Shown here: one piece after another, positions 35,951 through 47,890 of the stretch
How positions within the stretch are numbered: position 1 is the stretch's first letter
Layout of the letters: the number at the start of each line of letters is the position of its first letter
The notes under the pieces: model-generated
The model's input: only the letters and a program-made list of their open reading frames with translations
What the model was told of the DNA's origin: nothing
The model's database searches: none
Assembly: GCF_030144855.1 (NCBI RefSeq)
Contig: NC_082718.1
Coordinates: 52,762,001-52,826,000, forward strand
Source of the DNA: Hypanus sabinus
Taxonomy: Eukaryota
Direction of reading: 5' to 3'
Length of the DNA stretch: 64,000 nt
Translations under genes and position numbers: made by a program

Positions 35951-38900
35951 CTGCCTACCTGTCGGGGTACAGCTCAAGCCCCTATCAGTGATATCCCTCC
36001 TGAGCCAGCTAGAAGTGTGGACCCGTCAGGTGAACCAGCTGAAGTCAGTAAGAAGTCTACCTCCCTGCCTCCACATCAGCCATAGGACTGTGCCATTGAC
36101 CTCCTAACAGGATCTAGTCCTAGTCTCCCTCTCTCATCCTGAAAGAGTGACCATGGAAGAATACATCAAGGAGGCATTTATCTGTCCATCTACCTCACCA
36201 GCAGGGGCGGCTTCTTTTTAGTGAGCAAGACAGTTTGCAAGCTCCAGCCATGCATTAATTATCAGTCCCTGAAAAACATCATGGTGAAGATCTGCTACCC
36301 TCTTCCCCTTTTTGCCTCTGCATTTGAATAACTCCAGGGAGCAAACATATTCTCTAAGATTGATCTACACAGTGCTTACAATCTGGCTCGCATGCACAGA
36401 GGGATGAGTGGAAGACCGCATTCAATGCCTCCACTGGCTGCTATGAGTACCTCACGTTGCCATTTGGTCTGGCGAATGCCCCTGCTGTTTTGCAAGGCTT
36501 GGTCAACGACGTGCTCTAGGACATGTTGAGTCAGTTTGTTTTTGTGTATTTCGATGACATTCGTGTCTATTCCTGTTCTCACCAGGAATACGTCCAGTAT
36601 GTCTGGAAGGTTCTCAGATGGCTCCTCAAACAACCTTTACGCCAAGCCAGAAAAGTGTGGGTTCACAAAGAGCAGGTGTCATTCTTGTGCTACATTCCTC
36701 ACCCCTTCCAGAGTTCAAACGTACCCACGTCAAGCTCAGGCAGTGGCCCAAACTATCTACATTCAAACAGGTGATATGCTTCAGGGTGTTTGCAAACTCT
36801 TATCACTGCTTCATCAGAAACTTTAGGTCCATCGCAGTTCGCATAAATGCACTCACCAAGGAGAACACTGCAAGATTCGATTAGACAAATGAAGCAGGCC
36901 AGTGAATGCCTCACCACTGCTGCAGCACTGCAAAATCCAGACCCATCCCATCCTTTCACCATCGAGGATGATGCATTGGAGCTGTCTTCTCCCAGCACTC
37001 TTCAGTAGATAACCAGACACACCCCTGGGCTTTGACTCCAGAAGACTGTAACTAATGTCAGAAACCAAGAACATCTGGCCACTAAAGAGGCCCTGGAGGT
37101 ATGGTGACACTGGCTGGAGGGAGCTGAGCACCCCTTTCTGGTATGGACAGATCATAAGGGACCTCTCCTTCATTTGCGATGCAAAGGGACTCAATGCCCA
37201 TCAAGCCCATTGGACTCTCTTCTTCACCCAGTTTAATTTCACACTCACATACTGCCCTCCAGCAGTCCTGATGCTCGTTCCTGCCAGTTTTATATTTCTA
37301 AAGACAATGGTAATCCAGAGCCCATCTCTTACCCCCCACCGACCATCAATACAAAATACAGTAGCTGCTACAGTGACTTGGGGAATAGGGGCAAAGGAGA
37401 GTGTTGTCCAACAGTCGGATCCCGGCTCAGCTGGGGAACCCAACAACCTGCTGTTTGTCCCTGCCACTGTGTGCCCCAAAGTGTTGGAGTGGGGTCACTC
37501 TCCCCATCTGGTTAGCCACTAGGGTATTCAATTGACCCTGGAATTTATAGAGAGATCATTTCCACAGTGTTGTCTCTGCCTGCCCCACTTTTGCCTGGAA
37601 CAAGATGTTACATCGGTGCCCTACTACTGCTTGGGCTTCTCTACTGCTGGTCTTGGTGGATTTCATCACTGGCCTGCTTCTATTAGATGGGAACACTACC
37701 ATTCTGGTAGTTGTGGATCAGTTTCCTAAAGCAGGCCACTGCATAAGTTCTCCCTAAGTTCTTGTCAGCTAGAGAGACTATGACCCTCTTGGTTCAACAT
37801 ATGTTTTGGATGCACAACTTCCTTCAGCATATAGTGTCTGATAGAGGCCCACAGTTCACGTCCCACTTTCCGAAAGTTTTCTGTTCTCTCTTGGGAGCCA
37901 CATCCAACCTCTCATCAGGTTTCTATCCCCAAGCTAACAGCCAGACTGAGAGTTGGAGACAACCCTGCACTGCCTTGTCTCTTCCAACCCCAAAACCTGG
38001 AGTTCCCAGCTAGTTTGGGCAGTAATTGCCCACAATAACTCGAGTGATCCTCCACTAGCATGTCCCCCTTTAATGTCAAAAGGAATTACAGCCACCAATC
38101 TCCTCTGACCAAGAGATTGTTGTAGGAGTCCCTGCAGCTGAATAGTTGGTCCAACCCTACAAGCACAAACAGAGACAGGTCTGGCAGGCTGACCAGTTCC
38201 GCTGAAAGGTGAAGCCTCTCGAGCCAGGGAACAAGGCCTGGCTGGTGTCTAGAGAACTTCCGCTGAGAGCAGAGAGCCGCAGTTTGGCCCATACCACATT
38301 TGTGAAAAAGGCTCTCCATAGAGCCTCCTCTAAGCTGCACCTATCATCATCCATGAAGATTCACCCAGTGTTCCGTGTTGCCCACCTCAAGTCAGTCACT
38401 CCCCCCACACCCCCTCTTGGGCTAGGTCTCTGGTCTATTCTGTGCAATGTGTCCTAGCATCTCACTGGGTGCAGGGCAGTGTTCAGTACCTTGTGGATTG
38501 CAAAGGTTATGACCCAGAGCAACAATTTTGTGTGCCGCTCAACACGTACTGGACAAATCTCCCACCTGGGGCTTACAGCGGGCACAGGCTAATGGCACCT
38601 CAGAAGCCGGGCCTTGAGTGGGGGGCCCTGTCACAGCCATGGACGCTGCCGCAGAGTCTGGGGATCTTCACCGGGGGACAGCTGAAAGAACTCGGCAATC
38701 ATTCACTGGAGAATTCCAGCTAATTAGGGTTTCTTTGTAATTTTATTTAACTCCCTTCCTTTCATTTTCATCTTGTCAAGTCTTGAGTGAAGCACAGCAA
38801 CAGCAATGATCCCTGCTTACCTTAGTCCATGTGAATTAGAGAGATGCTGTTCAAAGGAGCAGTATTCATTTAGCATTAAGTTACTGCTTTTTAGCCGCAG

Positions 38901-40109
38901 TGATGTCGTTTGTTATTAGTTAGTAGTCCTGTTGGCCTAGAATGTATTACTTTACTTTGTTCTGTACGGCTCTTATTAAACTCAGTGAACTGTTCACTGC
39001 ACTTCTGCGTCTGTCCCTCTGCACTTGGACCATTACTGAACTTGTGCCACTTTGTTTTCCTTGGAATAGAGGAAGATGACAAAGAATATCGAAAACTGTG
39101 AGACACAGCGACCGTGTAGGCAAGAGGAAACCGTTTTTCCTCATAGCAGGGAAGACAGAAAGTAGCGGATACACAGTAGGTTTAAACTAAGGGTAAATAG
39201 TTAAGTGGGAATCTGAGGATGATTTTTCCCCCATTTAGAGGACAGTCCAGTTTGCAACACTGTCTAAGGGTATATTAGTGGCATTTAAGAAATATTTAAA
39301 TGAGCTCTTGAATCACCAAGATATGTAAAGTTACAAACCTTGTGCTGCTAAATGGGATTAAAATTGGTGGGTATCTAATGATCAGCATGGACATGGTGAG
39401 CCAAGGTACTCATTAATAAGTTCTGTTACTAACCATTTCGTCCTAACCTCTTTTATGCAAACACTGAAATGTTCTGTGTTCTGAATCAGCAGATGAAAAT
39501 CAGTGACTGCAGTTAAAGAAGTATCTTGTGCTAAGAGCAACTTAATTCACAACCAGAGTTCTAATTTGTGAAATAGATTGATTTTTAGATTTCACTTGAT
39601 CAAAGACAATCACTTGATTAAAATAAAAGCAGGGACCGAATGAGTTGGTGTCAAAAGAAAAGGCAGCAGCAGGCAAGTTAAATGAGTCAAGAATAACAAG
39701 GGAGCACTAGAAGGCTGAATATTGTAAATTTACCCACTCCTCTAAAGTCATCCCCACTCTGGATTAAGTTTAAATTGCGCACTGCCTTTTCCATTACTGT
39801 CAAAATTCAGGGAAAATACTTCTACATCCAAACAATACAAGCTTCTTGCATGTTTTCTTTTTGGAGTCAGATACATTCCTGAACATCTATATACCAGAAT
39901 GAATTCATTCTAATTTGCATTGTCACTTTTTACATATGATACACTTCCAAAGGAAACAACGAACTTGATAAGAACCTGACTGCCATTATATGGTTTAAAT
40001 AATTGACTCTATTGTTATACCTCCAGTTTCTTCGACCAACAATTTTAAAGTCCTTTTAAAGTTGGGCAAGTGAGAGGTGTTATATTTTGAAAATAGAATG
40101 TATAGAGTT

Positions 40110-40810
40110 AATGGTAGGCCCCTCAATAGCATTGAGGTACAGAGGGAGCTTGGGGTCCAGGTTCATAGCTAGCATGCAAGTGAATAAGGTGGTAAATAAG
40201 ACATATGGAGTGCTTGCCTTTATTAGGAGGGGTGTTGTGTATAAGTGTAAGGAAGTCATGCTGCTGTCATAAAAAACTTCTGTCAAATCACACTTGGAAT
40301 ATTGTGTGCGTGTCTGGTAGTCCTAGAAGAAAAATGTGGAATGGCTGCAGAAGAAGTTTACCAAGATGCTGCCTAAATGAGCTTTAAGAAAAGCTTGGAC
40401 AACCTTGAGTTTTTTCCCTAGTGCGTCAGAGGCTGAGGGCAGACATGATAGAGGTTTGTAAAATTATGAGAAGCATAAGTACTGTAGACTGTCAGAATCT
40501 TTTCCATGGGGTAGAAAGGTCAAACACAAGAAGACAAGCTCTTAAGGTTTGGAGGAGGGGTGGGAGCAGTTTAAAGGCAACGTGAGAGACAATTTTATTA
40601 AAAAACACAGAGAGTGGTAGGTGCCTGGAATGGGTGATCAGGTTTCAGTGAAAGCAGCTAGTTTGATGGCTTTTAGATGAACACATGAATATGAAGGGTA
40701 TGGAGAGACATGGATGATACACAGGAGAGGGTCATTTAGTACAAATTGGCTTAAAGATTGGCACAGCATTGTGGGCTGAATGGCCTATCCAGTGCTGCAT
40801 CGTTCTACAT
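40110..40810 (+). mobile_element. CR1 3' fragment, decayed
   Basis: QVNKVVNKTYGVLAFIRRG, HLEYCV, and 3' tail gggctgaatggcct. Confidence 0.8.
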
Positions 40811-41095
40811 TCACTGTTTCATGGCTCAGTATGGAGATTTTCATAGCTGAACATCTTGTCCATTATTCTTGTATCAATCAATCAACTCCACCTGTACTTT
40901 CATAGATCAAAAATGTATATCCTGTATCATGCATTAACCGATCCCATCATTCTTTTTTAGCAAAAGGTTAAAATGTATTAAAAAAAAATCCACTGGTTTT
41001 CTCAGATCTCATTATATAACCGTACTCCCAAAAGGGATCAGCTGAAACATTGTTAGCTTAATTGACAATATATATTTAATTAATTAATTTGACAA

Positions 41096-41167
41096 AGTCA
41101 TTAGAGCACATAACAATATCCAGAACTTGTAGTCATTAGAGCACATAACAATATCCAGAACTTGTAG
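41096..41167. repeat. Perfect 35-bp tandem duplication
   Basis: AGTCATTAGAGCACATAACAATATCCAGAACTTGT twice, plus AG. Confidence 0.95.
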
Positions 41168-41449
41168 CCACTGCAAAACAATGACACTCCCGACCAAACA
41201 CAAAGAAAGCTTCAATATTTGTTGGAAGTGGTCTCCTTTTTTGATGTCTGCTGCTGTCAGACATGCATCCAACAGGGACCTCTGGCACCCAGTAGCTGTC
41301 ATGTCATCCAATTGGCTAAACAGAATTCTCACCAACAGACAATATGTTAACGTAATCAGAATCAGGTTTGATATCATTGGCACATGTTGTGAAATTTGTT
41401 GTTTTACAACAACAGTACAGTGTAATACATAATAATAATAGTTGTAGAA

Positions 41450-42040
41450 TGCCTCCCAGAAACAGAGGGGTTCCTTGTGGAAATACAGGAATGGGTGATT
41501 AAAACATAAAAAATCAAAAACGCATAATAAAAGACCAACAAATTTAAGATGATAAATGCAGAAAATGACAAGAGAAACCAGAAACAATCCAACATGTTAC
41601 AGGATCCAGCAGCAGTTTAACTCAATCTGATTACATACACAGGCACAATCAAGTGGCAAGCATCATTCACCAAAATCTTGCTTTGAAATACAAACTCAGA
41701 GAAGACACCATATCTATAAATAAAAGCCTGATCCAGTTTTACAGTCAGTGTCCTGCATATTATATTACAACTGATCGATTATTACAGATAGGGCAATCTA
41801 TAATAACCATCTGGATTATAATATCATAAACAAGCAAGTACAGCCTAATAGATATAGCCAATCTAAACACACATGACATCTAGAAATCAATAAATGAATT
41901 GTGCTGAATTAAAAGAGGAAATAGAAAGACTATGGAACATGGACAGGGTATACATTGATCCAATAGTACAACTGTTTCATCTCAATGAAGCAGTTAGGCC
42001 TACACAGCAACATTTATGTAAATCTCTAGAAAACCACATT
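41450..42040 (+). mobile_element. R4/Dong-like 3' fragment (same family as 2060-3745)
   Basis: LPETEGFLVEIQ, HRHNQVASIIHQNLA, ELKEEIERLWN. Confidence 0.8.
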
Positions 42041-42954
42041 ACCTATTCTAATACTCTACTATGTTCATTGCTTCTACAACAGTCAAGTCATTTGAGCATT
42101 AGCAACAATTAACTGAAAGTCTATTGGTAAGCACATCAAAAAATAAACAATATTTACAATAATTCTGTTTTTGTAGTTTCTAGAATGTGAACTTCACCAC
42201 TATAATCTTGTGTTAAGAACCTAAATTTGGAATCACTGGAGGCTACGTGTCTTCTAGCTTATAAATCCATTAATATTAATATGTTGCTCTGTACAATTAA
42301 CTAGTTGTTTATGTCAGTGTCCTGTGAAGATACTATGAAATAGTTGTCATGGTTAAATCCATGCTTTCACCGACTTCAGTATGATCTTGATTGAATATGC
42401 AAAAGTCATGTATCGAAGGAAGTCACTTAATGTTGTTGCCTTTTTCAGCTTGGCTGCATGACAAAGTTTAAAAATGGATTTATTTATATTTTCTGTTTCT
42501 CCGTTCTTTCAAAAATGTTGAAACACCAGAATGCATTTTGACATGGATGAGATGCCCTTATACATCTGATTAAAGTGGCAATTTTTCACTCCGGAGCCCT
42601 GGCAGAGTGTGGCAATGGTACAAGACTTTAAGAGTGCAAGCACTGCTTGTACAATCAGGCACAAGCATGGAGTCAAAAAAGGCAATCATGCTTTCCGTTT
42701 TAAATCTCAAAAGCCAGTTAATGTTTCCCAAAGGTCATTCCAGCTGAGCCCCCTCCTGGACACTGATCTTAATAACAGAAGTAATGAAAAGATTATATGA
42801 CATATCATATGACATAGGATCATGGATAATTGGAGAAGACTGGGGTTGAGGAGGACATAAAAAAAGGATCAGCCATGATTGAATGGCAGAGTAGACTTAA
42901 TGGGCCAGATGGCCTAATTCTGTTCCTATGTCTTAAGGTCTTATGGTCTTGTGA

Positions 42955-43230
42955 TTTTCATGGCAAATTTTTTTGCAGAAGGGGTTTGCTATTGCCTCCT
43001 TCTGAGCAGAGTCTTTGCAAGACAGGTGACTCCAGCCACTATCAATAAGCTTCAGATATTGTCTGCCTGGCGTCAGTAGTCACATAACCAAGACTTGTGA
43101 ACTTGTGATATGCACCAGCCACCACTTACTCCCATGGATGGATTCACATGACTCTGATCTGGGGGGGGGGGGGGTAGGGGCTGCTAAACAGGTACAGGCT
43201 AGCGGAGGGAAAGAGCACCTTGCACCTCCG
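42955..43230 (-). mobile_element. RTE-derived SINE-like fragment
   Basis: Minus strand gaaggaggcaatagcaaaccccttc resembles the RTE 5'UTR motif GAAGGCAATGGCAAACCAC. Confidence 0.45.
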
Positions 43231-43674
43231 TCATATCTCCACCCTGCCACACTAATGAAAAGTACCAATAATATTTTGTACAAGGCAATTAAAAAGTTGT
43301 ACATAATTTTGTAGCACAAAATTAAATGAAATAGCTGTGAAAAGGGATATGATAGCTCTGGTAGCTCAGCAATGCTCGGCATGTGGAACAAAAATTTGGG
43401 ATACCTGAGAGGTTAAAAACTAAGCTGTGACAAAACCAGCTGAATATAAATAAAGTCCAGCAATATCCTGACAGATGATTGAACAAGTGGTGATTTCCTA
43501 TTATCATGAGTTGATCAAAGTATTTGGAGCAGATAAATTAGTTATTTCATTCAATGCAAACATTTCAGGTTACTGACATGCTATGTCTCCTTTGTGGTCA
43601 TATGACCAGTACCACTGCTTTTTTGAAAGTTCCTCTAGTCTGTAAGAAGAATGAGGTGAGGGTTACTTATATAT

Positions 43675-43889
43675 TGTGGCGGCTCATTTCCTAGCGTATG
43701 CGAACCGACTCACAATTAGATAGCCTACGGGGGTTTGCGAGCACAGAGCTTTGGAGCCTCTTCGCCATGGGGGGCCGGTTGACAGAGGCTTAAAAGTGAG
43801 GCTGAAGTTTTCGAATAAAGTTTTTTCCTTCGACTGCAGTTACCGACTCCGTGTCGTAATTTTAGCGCTGCTTGTAGCACACCGCTACA
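43675..43889 (+). repeat. 5' LTR of Gypsy copy 2
   Basis: TGTGGCGG...CCGCTACA ends; AATAAA. Confidence 0.97.
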
Positions 43890-43891
43890 AT

Positions 43892-43905
43892 TGGTGACCC
43901 CGACG
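43892..43905 (+). promoter_or_regulatory. Primer-binding site, tRNA-Trp
   Basis: TGGTGACCCCGACG is complementary to the tRNA-Trp 3' end (CGTCGGGGTCACCA). Confidence 0.9.
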
Positions 43906-43929
43906 GTCCAAACGATTTTTGGACCAGAA

Positions 43930-44616
43930 ATGACCGACGCCGCCTCTGTTCATGCGGTTTCGTTGAAACTGCCGGGTTTCTGGACACAGCGCCCGGACCT
44001 ATGGTTCCAGCAAGCCGAAGCCCAATTCCACGTTCGCCGGATCACCTCAGAAGACACCCGCTACTACTACGTGGTGAGCTCCCTCGACCAGGACACAGCT
44101 GCCCAGGTCGCGGAGTTCGTACAGTCGCCCCCGGCAGACGGCAAGTACACGGAATTCAAAGCCCTGCTCCTCAGGACTTTCGGACTCTCACGGCGCGAGC
44201 GGGCTGCCCGTTTACTGCACCTGGATGGCTTGGGCGACAGACCTCCTTCGGCTTTAATGAATGAGATGTTGTCTCTGGCCGAGGGACACACAGGCCTCAT
44301 GTTTGAGCAGGCATTCCTGGAGCAGCTGCCCGAGGACATACGCCTGCTGCTGTCCAACGCAGATTTCAGTGACCCCCGGAAGGTGGCAGCCCGGGCGGAC
44401 TTGCTGTGGAACGCCAAAAAGGTGAGCGGGGCGTCCATCGCACAGATCTCCCAGCCACGCTCCCGGCAGCAAACCAGTCCAGGCCCGGCCGCAGAGCCCA
44501 CTAACCCCCGGCCCAATGACCACTGGTGCTTCTACCACCAGCGGTGGGGCGCAGAAGCCCGCCGTTGTCGCCCACCCTGCAAGTTCCCGGGAAACACCAG
44601 GGCCAGCCGCCGCTGA
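43930..44616 (+). CDS. gag: gag of copy 2 (228 aa, CHCC zinc motif)
   Basis: ATG 40 nt after the LTR; motifs as in copy 1. Confidence 0.93.
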   Translation: MTDAASVHAVSLKLPGFWTQRPDLWFQQAEAQFHVRRITSEDTRYYYVVSSLDQDTAAQVAEFVQSPPADGKYTEFKALLLRTFGLSRRERAARLLHLDGLGDRPPSALMNEMLSLAEGHTGLMFEQAFLEQLPEDIRLLLSNADFSDPRKVAARADLLWNAKKVSGASIAQISQPRSRQQTSPGPAAEPTNPRPNDHWCFYHQRWGAEARRCRPPCKFPGNTRASRR

Positions 44617-44646
44617 TGGCTACGGCGGCTGGCCATCGGGATAGCC
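44589..44646 (+). promoter_or_regulatory. -1 ribosomal frameshift signal (G_GGA_AAC plus H-type pseudoknot)
   Basis: Heptamer in gag register, 5-nt spacer, 12-bp stem 44601-12 / 44623-34, loop GGCTA pairing with TAGCC at 44642-46. Confidence 0.85.
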
Positions 44647-47600
44647 TCCTGTATGTGTGGGATAGAAGGTCGGGACGCCGGTTTTTGGTCGATACTGTGG
44701 CTGAGATCAGCGTTTTACCTCCGACAAGTTACGACACCCGCAGCAGGGCACCGGGTCCCCCCCTGAGGGCCGTGAATGGCAGCACAGTAAGGACCTATGG
44801 CACCCGTCAGGTGCAGCTACTGTTCGGCCCCAGCCGGTTCACGTGGGACTTCACACTGGCCGCCGTAGCCCAACCGCTTCTGGGTGCGGATTTTTTGCGA
44901 GCTCACAGCCTGCTGGTTGACCTGCCCAGGAAGAGACTGGTACACGCCGAGACCTTTCAGACGTTCTCCCTGGGCGCGGCCCAGTTGCCAGCCCCTCACC
45001 TCGGCTCCATCACGCTGTCCGACAACGACTTCACCAGGGTCCTGGCGGAGTTCCCATCGGTTCTGGCACCGCAGTTCACAGCAGCCATGCCCAGGCACGG
45101 CGTACAGCACCACATCCCGACACAGGGACCACCCCTCCATGCCCGTGCTCGGCGGCTTCCCCCGGACAAGCTCCGACTGGCGAAGGAGGAGTTCCAGAGA
45201 ATGGAGGAATTGGGGATCATCCGGCGGTCCGACAGCCCCTGGGCTTCCCCCCTGCACATGGTGCCCAAAGCGACGGGGGGCTGGAGACCGTGCGGCGACT
45301 ACCGCAGGCTGAACGAGGCTACCACACCGGACCGCTACCCTGTGCCGCACATTCAGGACTTTGCGGCAAACCTGCACGGCGCCCGGATCTTCTCCAAGGT
45401 CGACCTTGTCCGAGGGTACCATCAAATCCCGATGCATCCTGACGACGTCCCCAAAACGGCTCTCATCACCCCGTTTGGCCTCTTCGAGTTCCTCCGCATG
45501 CCGTTCGGCCTGAAGAATGCCGCACAGACGTTCCAGCGGTTAATGGACGCGGTGGGACGGGACCTGGACTTCGCGTTCATCTATTTGGATGACATCCTCA
45601 TAGCCAGCGGCAGTCGTCAGGAGCATCTGTCCCACCTCCGTCAACTCTGCGCCCGGCTGAGTGAGTACGGTCTTACAATCAACCCTGCCAAATGCCAGTT
45701 CGGACTTGATACCATTGACTTCCTGGGCCACAGGATTACTAAAGACGGGGCAACCCCTCTGCCCGCTAAGGTAGATGCGGTCCGCCACTTCCCCCGACCC
45801 ACCACGATCAAAGGCCTTCAGGAATTCGTAGGTATGGTCAATTTCTACCGCCGCTTCCTCCCTTCAGCTGCCCGGATCATGCGCCCCCTGTTCGCCCTGA
45901 TGTCGGGTCCGAGCAAGGACATTACCTGGGACGAGGAGTCCGCCGCCGCTTTCGTTCAAACGAAGGAAGCTTTGGCTGACGCCGCAATGCTAGTACATCC
46001 CAGAATGGACGCCCCTACCGCCCTCACAGTGGACGCATCAAACACGGCAGTCGGTGGGGTGCTGGAGCAGCTCATCGCAGGTCGCTGGCAACCCCTGGCG
46101 TTTTTCAGCAAACACCTGCGGCCACCCGAGCTCAAGTACAGTGCTTTTGACCGGGAACTGTTGGCGCTCTACCTGGCAATCCGGCATTTCAGGTACTTCC
46201 TAGAAGGTCGGCCCTTCACCGCGTTCACGGACCACAAACCGCTTACCTTTGCGTTTACGAAAGCATCCGACCCCTGGTCATCCCGCCAGCAACGCCACCT
46301 GTCCTACATCTCTGAATACACAACGGATGTCCGGCACGTCTCGGGTAAGGACAATGTCGTGGCGGATGCGCTCTCTCGCCCTACCGTTCATGCCCTTTCC
46401 CAAGGGGTAGACTTTGAGGCACTGGCAGAGGCACAGCAGGTAGATGAGGAGATTCGGAGTTACAGGACTGCAGTCTCTGGTTTGCAGCTCCAGGACCTCC
46501 CCGTGGGCCCAGGTGAGAGGACCCTACTCTGTGACGTCGCCACCAGCCAGCCCCGTCCGGTCGTCCCTGCAGCCTGGCGGCGACGTGTTTTCGACTCCAT
46601 TCATAACTTGGCGCATCCCTCCATCCGGACAACTGTCCGGATGGTTTCCAGCAGGTTCGTTTGGCACGGACTCCGCAAACAGGTCAGTGAATGGGCCAGG
46701 ACGTGCATGCACTGCCAGACGGCCAAGGTTCAGCGGCACACCAAAGCCCCACCGCAGCAGTTCCATCCCGCCCACCGGCGTTTCGACCACATTCATGTGG
46801 ATATCGTGGGCCCCCTGCCAGTGTCGCGCGGAGCGCGTTACCTCCTGACTATCGTGGACCGGTTCACAAGATGGCCAGAGGCGGTCCCGCTCACCGACAC
46901 CACCTCCGAATCTTGCGCCCGAGCCCTGATCGCCACCTGGATATCCCGCTTTGGTGTACCAGCCCACATTACCTCCGACAGAGGCGCCCAGTTCACCTCC
47001 AGCCTGTGGTCAGCTATGGCCAGCCTTTTGGGGACTCAGCTGCACCACACCACCGCCTACCACCCACAGTTGAACGGGCTAGTGGAGCGTTTCCACCGTC
47101 ACCTGAAGTCGGCCCTCATGGCCCGCCTGCGAGGAGCCAACTGGGCGGACGAGCTTCCCTGGGTCCTTCTCGGCATCCGCACAGCGCCCAAGGACGACCT
47201 GCACGCCTCGTCGGCCGAGTTGGTATACGGCGCGCCCCTGGCCGTCCCCGGGGAGTTCCTACCAGCCCCGAGGGGGCAAGAGGAAGAACCCGCTGCAGTC
47301 CTGGGCAGACTTCGCGAGAAGCTCGGTAACCTGGCCCCCATACCCACTTCACAGCATGGGCGGCACCCGACCTGCGTACCCAAAGACCTACGGAACTGTA
47401 AGTTTGTGTTTGTACGAAGGGGCGGGCATCGGCCACCGCTGCAGCGGCCATACGAGGGGCCGTTTACGGTGCTCCGGAACAACGGGTCCACGTTCGTGCT
47501 GGACGTTGGGGGGAAGGAGGAGGTTTTCACGGTGGACCGCCTCAAGCCGGCCCATGTGGACCTGGCGCAACCGGCCGAGTTTCCGGCGCCTCGGCGCAGA

Positions 47601-47720
47601 GGCCGACCTCCCAAGCAGGTTCTGGCCCAGGCTGTGGACATTGGGGGGTGTATCGCCGGTTCTGGGGGGGGGTTATGTGGCGGCTCATTTCCTAGCGTAT
47701 GCGAACCGACTCACAATTAG
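44589..47720 (+). CDS. pol: pol (protease-RT-RNase H-integrase), -1 frame
   Basis: Uninterrupted frame (track 44526-47720): LVDTVA, YLDD, TDHKPL, HH-CC, D..D..E, and C-terminal RRRGRPPK. Stop lies inside the 3' LTR. Confidence 0.95.
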   Translation, partial: GKHQGQPPLMATAAGHRDSLLYVWDRRSGRRFLVDTVAEISVLPPTSYDTRSRAPGPPLRAVNGSTVRTYGTRQVQLLFGPSRFTWDFTLAAVAQPLLGADFLRAHSLLVDLPRKRLVHAETFQTFSLGAAQLPAPHLGSITLSDNDFTRVLAEFPSVLAPQFTAAMPRHGVQHHIPTQGPPLHARARRLPPDKLRLAKEEFQRMEELGIIRRSDSPWASPLHMVPKATGGWRPCGDYRRLNEATTPDRYPVPHIQDFAANLHGARIFSKVDLVRGYHQIPMHPDDVPKTALITPFGLFEFLRMPFGLKNAAQTFQRLMDAVGRDLDFAFIYLDDILIASGSRQEHLSHLRQLCARLSEYGLTINPAKCQFGLDTIDFLGHRITKDGATPLPAKVDAVRHFPRPTTIKGLQEFVGMVNFYRRFLPSAARIMRPLFALMSGPSKDITWDEESAAAFVQTKEALADAAMLVHPRMDAPTALTVDASNTAVGGVLEQLIAGRWQPLAFFSKHLRPPELKYSAFDRELLALYLAIRHFRYFLEGRPFTAFTDHKPLTFAFTKASDPWSSRQQRHLSYISEYTTDVRHVSGKDNVVADALSRPTVHALSQGVDFEALAEAQQVDEEIRSYRTAVSGLQLQDLPVGPGERTLLCDVATSQPRPVVPAAWRRRVFDSIHNLAHPSIRTTVRMVSSRFVWHGLRKQVSEWARTCMHCQTAKVQRHTKAPPQQFHPAHRRFDHIHVDIVGPLPVSRGARYLLTIVDRFTRWPEAVPLTDTTSESCARALIATWISRFGVPAHITSDRGAQFTSSLWSAMASLLGTQLHHTTAYHPQLNGLVERFHRHLKSALMARLRGANWADELPWVLLGIRTAPKDDLHASSAELVYGAPLAVPGEFLPAPRGQEEEPAAVLGRLREKLGNLAPIPTSQHGRHPTCVPKDLRNCKFVFVRRGGHRPPLQRPYEGPFTVLRNNGSTFVLDVGGKEEVFTVDRLKPAHVDLAQPAEFPAPRRRGRPPKQVLAQAVDIGGCIAGSGGGLCGGSFPSVCEPTHN

Positions 47721-47890
47721 ATAGCCTACGGGGGTTTGCGAGCACAGAGCTTTGGAGCCTCTTCGCCATGGGGGGCCGGTTGACAGAGGCTTAAAAGTGA
47801 GGCTGAAGTTTTCGAATAAAGTTTTTTCCTTCGACTGCAGTTACCGACTCCGTGTCGTAATTTTAGCGCTGCTTGTAGCACACCGCTACA
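47676..47890 (+). repeat. 3' LTR of Gypsy copy 2
   Basis: Identical to the 5' LTR; preceded by a G9 PPT. Confidence 0.97.

Larger units (their letters stand above)
29900..38830 (+). mobile_element. Decayed chromovirus (sushi/PEG10-like) Gypsy element split by nested insertions
   Basis: gag RYSGGPDCCRNLITQCDLAF and DYAVKFHTL, resuming at ~33970 (AFQNGLSTEIK). Protease FIDSGA at ~34390; RT LPPHQ, FVYFDDI; integrase VSDRGPQFTS; chromodomain QYLVDCKGY at ~38480. PPT then TGTCAC LTR start at 38629. 5' LTR not found. Confidence 0.88.
43675..47890 (+). mobile_element. Full-length Gypsy LTR retrotransposon, CsRn1/Boudicca-type, copy 2 (very young)
   Basis: 4216 bp; 215-bp LTRs identical by eye; 4-bp TSD ATAT (43671-74 / 47891-94); tRNA-Trp PBS; open gag and pol. 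Confidence 0.98.

Noticed and set aside
41096-41167. 35-bp repeat as a CRISPR-like array
   Set aside because: Only two abutting units, no spacers, eukaryotic context.
44001-47724. Long alternative-frame and antisense ORFs in the Gypsy copies (e.g. 46691-47329 +, 44817-45437 -, 47099-47641 -)
   Set aside because: Expected shadows of a GC-rich coding region; no domain motifs, and lengths are not preserved between the two copies.
19697-47890. Idea that the two Gypsy copies are arms of one composite element or a segmental inversion
   Set aside because: Each has its own TSD (CTAC versus ATAT), distinct U3 variants and unrelated flanks.
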